A stretch of 25,387 bases of DNA from a virus. Lineage: Duplodnaviria; Caudoviricetes. Position numbers and translations under genes: made by a program. The stretch spans positions 1 through 25,387 of IMG/VR virus record IMGVR_UViG_3300049205_000073, one strand, 5' to 3'. Shown one piece after another: positions 1 through 7,203 of this stretch; position 1 is the first letter of the stretch, and each line of letters starts with the position of its first letter. A model generated the notes under the pieces. It searched no databases and had not been told where the DNA came from. It saw nothing but the letters and a program-made list of their open reading frames with translations.

Positions 1-20
1 TGCCATACCTCGTAACATTT

Positions 21-749
21 TCATGCTGATCTCCTCTTTCGAATTGGTTGAATTGGAATCTCTGGCACGCCGTCCAATGGTATTCCAACGTTCTGGTCGC
101 AGGTGCGGCACAGCACGTAAGGCGAAGTCTCCAGCTCATCGACCTTGTCATCGATGTGACCGAACACTCCAACACCGCTGGCGTCGAACGCGCAACGGCT
201 CAAACGCCCGTCCGCGAACATGAACGCTTTGCCGCCCTTGACCCAGGAACATGGGCGACCTTTCTGAACACTCACGTGGTAATCCACCTGCCCTGCCCAG
301 TTGGTAGAGGCAAGCGCTGGATCCGCAGAGACGCCGGCAATGAGGCCGTACTTCTTGAGCACCTCGACTGCCGGGCCTGCCTTCTCTGGCCGATGGAGGG
401 ACACGTACACATGCGGTCGAGCGGGTGCAATAGCACGCGCCAACTCGTCTGTCATGAGCAACCCGTTCGTCGCGAACACCAGATCGAAGTCGTTGCCCAC
501 AGCCTCGCGTGCGAGGTGCACGTAGCGTACGAAGTCGGGATGCAGCGTTGACTCCCCGATGCCGGCGAGGTTCACTTCATGCTGCTGCCCGCGCTCCTTG
601 AACACGCGCACCCAAGCTAGTGCCTTGCGGTACAGCTCGTCGGTCATGTCGACCTTGGGCCGTGGCAAGCGATAACTTGGGCAATACTCGCACTTGAGGT
701 TGCACCTGCTCGTAATCTCGATCTGATGCAGTTCTCGAACGGGAAACAT
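21..749 (-). CDS. Radical SAM protein with C-terminal SPASM/twitch-like Cys cluster
   Basis: CxxxCxxC motif (EITSRCNLKCEYC), GIGESTLHP, ATNG; C-terminal C..C..CxxC (PCSW..RC..LCRTCD); SD GAGGAGG 6 nt before ATG. Confidence 0.9.
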   Translation of the reverse strand: MFPVRELHQIEITSRCNLKCEYCPSYRLPRPKVDMTDELYRKALAWVRVFKERGQQHEVNLAGIGESTLHPDFVRYVHLAREAVGNDFDLVFATNGLLMTDELARAIAPARPHVYVSLHRPEKAGPAVEVLKKYGLIAGVSADPALASTNWAGQVDYHVSVQKGRPCSWVKGGKAFMFADGRLSRCAFDASGVGVFGHIDDKVDELETSPYVLCRTCDQNVGIPLDGVPEIPIQPIRKRRSA

Positions 750-768
750 GACAATCCTCCTCAGTGAC

Positions 769-1287
769 TCAGGTTGAATGCGCTACGTCGTGGCTGCCGA
801 CTCGGATGCGTGCCGTGAGATTCAGCAGATCCGAATTGGCCAGGGTGACGCCCATGCCGTTGACGCGGTTGGCGAGCAGCGCCGTTGCGAGCGACGACGT
901 ACCGATCGTGATGCCGGCAGAATCCAGCGCCACGCTCGTGATGCCGTCGGCAGACCCGCCCCACGTTGCCGTGAGGAAGATCCACTCGCGCGACTGGGCA
1001 GACGCGCCGAGCCCGATGGAAGCCTTGCGGCCCACCTCGCCCAGCGACGACTGCGAGTCCGTCAGCGCGGGAGCCGCCGTGGCTGTCCCGATGGCCAGCG
1101 CGTTGAACACGCCAGCCGCCGAGTTCACGGCGCAACTCGCTATACGGTTCAACCCCGGCACCGTCACCGTGTTGATCAGTCGCTTGCGTTCGACCTTGCC
1201 GTCCCATCGCGTCACCGTGACTTCCCATTCACCGTAGACGGGAATGGCGTCGCCCATCGGGATCGTGTCAGAGATATTCCGATTCAT
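769..1287 (-). CDS. Putative virion structural protein (Ser/Thr/Ala/Gly-rich)
   Basis: NTVTVPGLNRIA...ALAIGTATAAPALTD resembles motifs common in phage structural proteins; lies in the late operon; SD GAGGAGG upstream. Start could instead be the ATG at 1257. Confidence 0.6.
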   Translation of the reverse strand: MNRNISDTIPMGDAIPVYGEWEVTVTRWDGKVERKRLINTVTVPGLNRIASCAVNSAAGVFNALAIGTATAAPALTDSQSSLGEVGRKASIGLGASAQSREWIFLTATWGGSADGITSVALDSAGITIGTSSLATALLANRVNGMGVTLANSDLLNLTARIRVGSHDVAHST

Positions 1288-4200
1288 AATGTTTCGTTGC
1301 CTCCTCTTGCAGGCGGGTAAGTAGTTTCTGGAAATGCGCTCGAGAGTAGAACCTGCCTTCCACGGTCAGGTCCACCTTGAGGTCCGGGGCTTCTTCCTTA
1401 GCAATCTTCATCGACGTATACGCGTCGAACCCCACGCCCAAGACCGACACGCACACGGAGTAGTACTTCATGGCGTCGACGATCATGCGTACAGGCTCGT
1501 TCTCGAGCAGCTTCTCGAACAGCTCGATGCCGCGCTTGGCTCTGGCCGGATGGTCCTCCAGCGTGCCGCCCACTTGCTCCTGCTCGAACACGATGCCCTG
1601 CGCCAAGTCTCGGAGCAGCAAGAAGTTGTTGAGCTTGCGATTCGGATATTTCTCCACATCCTTGAACACGAGGGGCAGGTTGCGATGGTAGCGCTCACGC
1701 CGGGTCTTCTCGTCCACGTATCCGCAGTGTAAGAACTGCACGTCGTGACGGATGGTGGCGTGCTTGATTGCCGCGCCCGGCGCTGTCTCCGGATGCTCGT
1801 GGACCAATCCGTAGAACTTGATCCCGCGATTGTTGCGGAACAAGCGGCATGGGAAGTCGGTCGTGAGCACGCCAGCAGGGGCCACCGAGTAGTGGATCTG
1901 CGGGAAGCCGACAGCCGGCAGCATCGATGGTCGCAGATACTGCCACAGATTCCACGGCTGCTGAATCTCCTCGTCCGCGTCGACCCACAGAATCCAGTCG
2001 CCGGATGCGCCTTCGATGCTGCGGTTGCGCGCTGCGTCGAAGCCATCCTTAAGCGCTTCGAGCCCGTACTCGTAGATCACCGGCTTGAGCGGGTAGTCTT
2101 TGGCGATCTGCGCGCAGATCTCATGCGTACGGTCCTTCGTCGACGGGTCGATCATGATGATGACCTCGTCCACATATTCGATGAAAGACTCGATGCAGCG
2201 CTTGAGAGTACGCTCACCATTGCGCACGATGAGGCACGCGGACACGGTCTCACGCGGCATCAGCTCGTACAGCTTACGCTTCATGTCGACACGCCCAAGC
2301 CCGTTGCGCTCGGGCTGCACGGACCATACCCACGAGCCTAGCGTCTGTCCGGTCTCGTCGTGTGACGCCGGTGCGTACAGGATCTGGCTCGGGTTGCCGT
2401 TGCAGATCTCGACGACGTCCTGGCGATCGAAGTGTACGAGGTGCTCACGCCCGGTCTTGAAGGCTGTGTGTCCCGTCCATTCCCAGCGCCCGACTGGTGT
2501 GGTGATGACGAGCGTACCATCGACGTTCAACACTCCGGTGAACTTCTGCAGCAGCTCGTTGTAATTGATCACGTGCTCCAGCACTTCGCCTGCGAGCACT
2601 GCGTCAAACAACTTGCGCGCTGGCTGCTGCCCGGCCTCCATCGCTTGGATGTCGAGCACGTTGGGCTTGGATAGTGGGCACAGAAAGTCCAGCGAGATAT
2701 CGTCTTCCGTGCCGACGATGAAGCTCACGTTATCGAGCCCTTCCTGTTGCGCCCACTTTACGGCGGCGGCGATGGCTCGTGCGCTCACATCCATGCCGAC
2801 GAACTGCACGTGCGGGAAGCGCTTGGCCAGCGGAATGATGTAGTGCCCGTGTGCGCACCCGTAGTCCAGCACGCGCATGTCCGGGCGCGTGAGGAGCTGC
2901 GCCATCATCGAGTCGACGCCCTTGAACCGCGTGGACCCCGTGACGTCCTCGCCGATCACCCTGTCTTCGAAGTTGTCGTAGTACTCGCCCTGATGGTGAG
3001 CGTAGTGTTCCTTGTACTTCTCGATGGACTCGGTGAACTCGTAGAGCTTACGCTCACGTCCGAGCACGTAGTCCCCGATATTGTCGCCACCCATCTCTTT
3101 GCCGCGACCGAGAGGTTGCAGCACAGAGATGTCGCTGAACTCCATGGCATAGCGCGCGACGGATCCTGGCGACTTCGGCGTGTTGAACTGCTTGTAGATA
3201 TGCTGCTCGAGGGTGTCTACAGCGTAGCCCCAGTTCTTCGTGCGCGATGCCTTGCGCTGGTCGACAGCCAGCTTTTCCAACTTCGCCGCGTTAAGGTGCA
3301 CGATGTTGTTCACGTACTCTTCGAGGCACACTGTGCCGTCGGTGTTCAACCCGATGAATACGACGCCGGCGTTCTGCAGCGTTTCGGGCAGTGCGCCGAC
3401 AGGTGACGTCATGATTGGTAGCCCGGCATGCGTCGCTTCCATCGCGGTGATGCACGACACTTCCTTGAACGTGGTCGGGTAGACCAGGAGGTCGCACTGC
3501 TTCTGCACGATGGCCAGCTGCTGCTTCGTGAGCGCACCGAGATTTGTCACGTTGGGCAAGCGCGCTGCCCACGCGTCCAGCTGCGCATAGTAGCCGCGCA
3601 TCTGTGGCACGGTGTTCTCATATCCGCAGTAGACTAGATGCGCCAGCGGCCGACTGATGAGCAGCTTCTCCATGATGCCGCCCGGCTTCAAGAGATTTTC
3701 CAGCCCGCGCTCCGGACGCGACTGATACAACATGAGCAGCTTGTCGTCATGCTGCAAGAATACGTCCGCGAGCTTCTGGCCCAGCAGGTCGTCAGCCTTG
3801 TCGCTCGAAGCGTCGAGGTAGAGCTGCTGGTCGACGCCGTTCGGCACGACCTTCACGAAGTTCGGGTCGAAGCCGTAGACCTCGCACACTTGCTTCTTAT
3901 GGTAGTCGCTCACGACCGTGACGAAGTTCATCTGCCACGTGCCGTGATTCGCGACGCCCGCCGTGCGATACAGTGCCAAGTCGTGCAGCTGCCAGATGCA
4001 GATCTTCGAAGCGAAGCGCTTGTGGAACGCCAGCGGATGACGTTGCACAATCAGCACGTCGTGCGGGGTGAAGCGTGCCCAGTACTCGAAGCGCTCTCCA
4101 AGTGGGTACTGTTGATTGACGTTGCCGACGTTCTGGTACGTGACGCCGTCCCAGATTCCCGGCTTGTCGGTGTTGTTCCAGATCGTAACGCGATGACCAC

Positions 4201-4315
4201 GCGCGGCAAGTTCGCGAGCCTGATAGTAGGCTGCACTCTCGCTGCCGCCGAGCGACTGCTTCGCAATCGTCTCACCGTTGAAGGGCATGCCCATCGCATG
4301 AATGGCGATATCCAT
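1268..4315 (-). CDS. Multidomain glycosyltransferase: GT4 (GT-B) + class I SAM methyltransferase + GT2 (GT-A)
   Basis: GT4: LGGSESA, YQSRPERGLE, EVSCITAME (Ex7E). MTase: VLDYGCAHG, GEVLEHV, LVITTP. GT2: SACLIVRN, FDAARN, WVDADE, GLVHEHP. Start moved from the TTG at 4339 to the ATG at 4315 because of a GGAG SD. Confidence 0.9.
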   Translation of the reverse strand: MDIAIHAMGMPFNGETIAKQSLGGSESAAYYQARELAARGHRVTIWNNTDKPGIWDGVTYQNVGNVNQQYPLGERFEYWARFTPHDVLIVQRHPLAFHKRFASKICIWQLHDLALYRTAGVANHGTWQMNFVTVVSDYHKKQVCEVYGFDPNFVKVVPNGVDQQLYLDASSDKADDLLGQKLADVFLQHDDKLLMLYQSRPERGLENLLKPGGIMEKLLISRPLAHLVYCGYENTVPQMRGYYAQLDAWAARLPNVTNLGALTKQQLAIVQKQCDLLVYPTTFKEVSCITAMEATHAGLPIMTSPVGALPETLQNAGVVFIGLNTDGTVCLEEYVNNIVHLNAAKLEKLAVDQRKASRTKNWGYAVDTLEQHIYKQFNTPKSPGSVARYAMEFSDISVLQPLGRGKEMGGDNIGDYVLGRERKLYEFTESIEKYKEHYAHHQGEYYDNFEDRVIGEDVTGSTRFKGVDSMMAQLLTRPDMRVLDYGCAHGHYIIPLAKRFPHVQFVGMDVSARAIAAAVKWAQQEGLDNVSFIVGTEDDISLDFLCPLSKPNVLDIQAMEAGQQPARKLFDAVLAGEVLEHVINYNELLQKFTGVLNVDGTLVITTPVGRWEWTGHTAFKTGREHLVHFDRQDVVEICNGNPSQILYAPASHDETGQTLGSWVWSVQPERNGLGRVDMKRKLYELMPRETVSACLIVRNGERTLKRCIESFIEYVDEVIIMIDPSTKDRTHEICAQIAKDYPLKPVIYEYGLEALKDGFDAARNRSIEGASGDWILWVDADEEIQQPWNLWQYLRPSMLPAVGFPQIHYSVAPAGVLTTDFPCRLFRNNRGIKFYGLVHEHPETAPGAAIKHATIRHDVQFLHCGYVDEKTRRERYHRNLPLVFKDVEKYPNRKLNNFLLLRDLAQGIVFEQEQVGGTLEDHPARAKRGIELFEKLLENEPVRMIVDAMKYYSVCVSVLGVGFDAYTSMKIAKEEAPDLKVDLTVEGRFYSRAHFQKLLTRLQEEATKHYESEYL

Positions 4316-4341
4316 TTGAAGTTCTCCGATGTTACTCAAGG

Positions 4342-4373
4342 TTTAAAGAGGGCGGGGCCATTACAGCCCCGCC
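4342..4373 (-). terminator. Hairpin after the major capsid gene; weak intrinsic terminator/attenuator
   Basis: GGCGGGGC-7nt-GCCCCGCC (4351-4373), followed on the minus strand by CUCUUUAAA. Confidence 0.6.
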
Positions 4374-4387
4374 AATGGGGAGTCAGA

Positions 4388-5377
4388 TCAGATGCCGAGA
4401 CCGGCCGCGCCCGACGCCGCTGTGGTGATGAGCCGCAGCGCGTAGTCGGGACCGACCAGCTTCTCGTCCTGGTACAAGTCGATCTCGATCGTCTCCATGC
4501 GCTTCTTCGTGTCGTACGGGTGACGGAAGACCGTCAGCGGAGCCGGCAAGCGAGGATCCTGCCAGCGGAACGTGTAGAACCACGACGGGTCGTCGCGCGA
4601 CGGAGACAGCGGCGCGTAGTACGCGATGAGCTGATCTTCCATCGGGTTGCTCAGCGGGTAGCTGTTGGTCATCGCCTCGTTCTGCGTGTGGTACAGCGCT
4701 TCGCTGACGATCAGGCGATCGACTTCGAAGTTCTGACGCGCCGTTTCCCGCGTGACGAGACCCTTGCCGTTGTTGACGCCGTTGAAGAAGTTGCGCACAT
4801 GGTAGTTCCGCGAGAAGCGGTTCCACGCCTTCCAGCCGAACCAGAGGGAGTTGAACTTCTGGCCGGTGTTGCCGAAGCCGTACTCCAACATCTGGAAGAT
4901 CGACTGGATAGGGTCGCCGGCATTTGCGCCTGCGATGGCCCAGCTGGAGTTCATGACGAACACCGAGCCGACGCTCACCGTTTGCACGGCGAGGTCATGC
5001 ACGCGCTTTTCCCACGCGAGGCCGAACTTCCGTTGCAAGAAGTTCGATGCGCCGACGTCCATTTCGAAACGCAACGCCGCGTCCATGTTGGCCACGTCTT
5101 CGATCGGCACGTCGTATCCCAGCGCGTGGTTGCGCGCCTGATACTGGCCCGAGCTGACCGAGCGCGTGATCTTCCGAGCTTCCGTACGCGGTGCACGCAC
5201 CGTGTCTTCGATGGCGAATGCCTCGAAGCGGCTGAACACCGGATACGAATCCGACTGCTTGGCCACCGGAATGACCGGTGCGATCATGTCTGCGATCAAC
5301 GTCTGCGGGCGATGGTTGATCGCCAAGTTCGTCAGATGGTTGTCGATGTGCAGGTCTTTGCCTGTCGAGAGTCCCAT
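4388..5377 (-). CDS. Major capsid protein
   Basis: 329 aa; follows protease and decoration genes; N-terminus LHIDNHLTNLAINHR..LIADMIAPVIPVAKQSDSY resembles HK97-fold capsid proteins; followed by a terminator-like hairpin. Confidence 0.8.
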   Translation of the reverse strand: MGLSTGKDLHIDNHLTNLAINHRPQTLIADMIAPVIPVAKQSDSYPVFSRFEAFAIEDTVRAPRTEARKITRSVSSGQYQARNHALGYDVPIEDVANMDAALRFEMDVGASNFLQRKFGLAWEKRVHDLAVQTVSVGSVFVMNSSWAIAGANAGDPIQSIFQMLEYGFGNTGQKFNSLWFGWKAWNRFSRNYHVRNFFNGVNNGKGLVTRETARQNFEVDRLIVSEALYHTQNEAMTNSYPLSNPMEDQLIAYYAPLSPSRDDPSWFYTFRWQDPRLPAPLTVFRHPYDTKKRMETIEIDLYQDEKLVGPDYALRLITTAASGAAGLGI

Positions 5378-5429
5378 AGCTTTTCAAGCCTCCGAGTTGT
5401 TGAGTTGAGTCCGCTGAGCCTAGGCTTGA

Positions 5430-5798
5430 TCAGCCAGGGTTGTAGCCGAGGTTGTTGAAGTCGAACAGAGCGAAGCCGATCTGTCCGGAGAGCACGGCCG
5501 TCGCACCGAGGCGACCGCACGTCGAATTGCCAGAGCCTGCGGCAATGACGAAGCCCGACGTGGTGATCGTCAGCGGCCAGCCCGGCGTTGCGACTGCGCC
5601 ACCGAAGTACGCCTTCGTGAGGCCCTGGTAGATCGCCGTTGCGTGCTGGCCGGACGAGGTGCTGGTCTTGCTGATGCCGATGGCCTCGCGCACGGTCTGC
5701 GCGATCGTGCCGTTGATCGAAAGAACTTTGAAGACAGAGCCTTGCAAGTTCTCGGCTGCAACGACTTGCAGCGTCTCTTCTTTGATGTGTGTCGTCAT
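5430..5798 (-). CDS. Head decoration / capsid cement protein
   Basis: 122 aa, Gly/Ala/Thr-rich, located between protease and MCP; SD AGGAG. Confidence 0.65.
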   Translation of the reverse strand: MTTHIKEETLQVVAAENLQGSVFKVLSINGTIAQTVREAIGISKTSTSSGQHATAIYQGLTKAYFGGAVATPGWPLTITTSGFVIAAGSGNSTCGRLGATAVLSGQIGFALFDFNNLGYNPG

Positions 5799-5839
5799 GG
5801 TATCTCAGAACTCCTGTGTGACGAGTGTGAAGTTGGGGA

Positions 5840-6409
5840 TCAGGCCGCGTCTTCCGACGTCGACCCTTCCGGGGTGTCGAAGTACTTCGCAGCCAATTCC
5901 TTGTCGGTGCGCAGAACGTACTGCGTCGCCTTGACCATCTGGTCGTGGTCATCGGCCTTGTGGCCCGTGGCGACGACGCGCTCCATCGCACGACGCTCGA
6001 CTTCGCCCGCCCACGTGGAAGCCTTGACTTCCGCCTGCGAGCCGGCCGCGCCGGACTGTGCAGCACCGCGCTCCGGTGCCTTCTTGTTGTCTTCGAGCCA
6101 GCTGTCGATCGTCTTGTCTTCGATCTTCAGCACGCGATCGTCGTCATCGACGCCGGCCGTCGCGAAGAAGGAATCGCGGTGCTTGGGCAGCAGCACCGTA
6201 CGCTTGACGGCGTCTTCGAAGCGATCCTTGATCGTCTTGCGACGAGCTTCGATCTTCTCCTTACGCGCGTCCTCGAGCGCTTTCTTCTGCGCCGCCTCGT
6301 TGTCGGTGATGGTCTTGCGCAGGGCCGCGTTCTCCTCCTCCGACTTCTTCTGTGCAGCAGTCAGCTTGTCGAGCTGGTCCTGCATCGCCTTGGCTTGTGC
6401 CTCGTCCAT
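5840..6409 (-). CDS. Scaffolding protein translated from an internal in-frame start
   Basis: GGAGG-ATTCAAA-ATG at 6409 (MDEAQAKAMQDQL...), at the protease/coiled-coil boundary. Confidence 0.6.
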   Translation of the reverse strand: MDEAQAKAMQDQLDKLTAAQKKSEEENAALRKTITDNEAAQKKALEDARKEKIEARRKTIKDRFEDAVKRTVLLPKHRDSFFATAGVDDDDRVLKIEDKTIDSWLEDNKKAPERGAAQSGAAGSQAEVKASTWAGEVERRAMERVVATGHKADDHDQMVKATQYVLRTDKELAAKYFDTPEGSTSEDAA

Positions 6410-6913
6410 TTTGAATCCTCCAGACTGGTTGGTGAATGCCCGCTTGAAAAGTAACCGCGTCCCACCGGAAATGGGCTTCCGCCGAGATGCCATGAGTGCT
6501 GATAATTCTGCCAGATTACCGATCGCGGGTTGATCGGCACCCAGCAACGCAACCGCGTCCAGCACCCATGGAATCACGCGGTTGTGAGCCTTAACGTTCT
6601 TGAGCAGCTCCACGCTCACGAACTTGTACAGCTTGTTCTTGATCGCATTGGCGACGACCTCTGGTACGTCGGTCCAGTCCGACAGCAGCTTGCCGCCCTC
6701 GCGATACACTTTATCTACCCAACCGAGGGCTGGTTGCCCATCGGTCATCGGCTGGTCGTCGTTGTGCCCGAACTTCAACGGTACGCGACCGCGCAGTCCG
6801 AGCGCTTGGAATGACGCCACGATCCCATCCAGATCATCGGGCGTTAGCTTCAGCTCCTGCGACGCTGGCCATACGCCAACGCTCGCAATCTCCTGTCTCT
6901 TGAGTGTTGCCAT
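5840..6913 (-). CDS. Mu gpI-like prohead protease fused to a coiled-coil scaffold
   Basis: KFGH..PALGWV..YKFVSVEL..LDAVALLGADQPAI pattern of Mu-like proteases; charged helical C-terminal half. Confidence 0.8.
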   Translation of the reverse strand: MATLKRQEIASVGVWPASQELKLTPDDLDGIVASFQALGLRGRVPLKFGHNDDQPMTDGQPALGWVDKVYREGGKLLSDWTDVPEVVANAIKNKLYKFVSVELLKNVKAHNRVIPWVLDAVALLGADQPAIGNLAELSALMASRRKPISGGTRLLFKRAFTNQSGGFKMDEAQAKAMQDQLDKLTAAQKKSEEENAALRKTITDNEAAQKKALEDARKEKIEARRKTIKDRFEDAVKRTVLLPKHRDSFFATAGVDDDDRVLKIEDKTIDSWLEDNKKAPERGAAQSGAAGSQAEVKASTWAGEVERRAMERVVATGHKADDHDQMVKATQYVLRTDKELAAKYFDTPEGSTSEDAA

Positions 6914-7203
6914 CAGCCTGCCTCGCTTCGAGTTTCGATTGATTCACTGGCCACGACCGTGATGACACGACTGCCATCGCCGCTCACGGCCTCGTCCTTC
7001 TGTACGCCGCTCGCCTTGCCAAGCTCCTCGGCCATTACGCCGGAGCGCGTGAGCAATGCCAGCAGCCACGACACCTCGCTCAACGGCACGAGCTTCGCCG
7101 ATCCCATGGCTAGCCAGTTGCGTGCGCGCTTGAGAGCTTGCTCAACGATCATCTTGTCGTTGTGCTTCTTCGTCTGCGACGCGACGAGATCACGGAGCAT
7201 CAT
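6913..7203 (-). CDS. Hypothetical protein (head module)
   Basis: Fills the gap exactly, with 1-nt stop/start overlaps with both neighbours. Confidence 0.65.
   Translation of the reverse strand: MMLRDLVASQTKKHNDKMIVEQALKRARNWLAMGSAKLVPLSEVSWLLALLTRSGVMAEELGKASGVQKDEAVSGDGSRVITVVASESIETRSEAG

Noticed and set aside
1-24. Start of the next minus-strand gene (ATGA overlap with the radical SAM stop, MKMLRGMA...)
   Set aside because: Only eight codons are visible, too little to call
3638-5458. 606-aa plus-strand ORF, plus the other long antisense ORFs (e.g. 5643-6533, 10037-10843, 17794-18693)
   Set aside because: Shadow ORFs opposite clearly recognisable genes; expected from high GC3 codon bias; no motifs or SD
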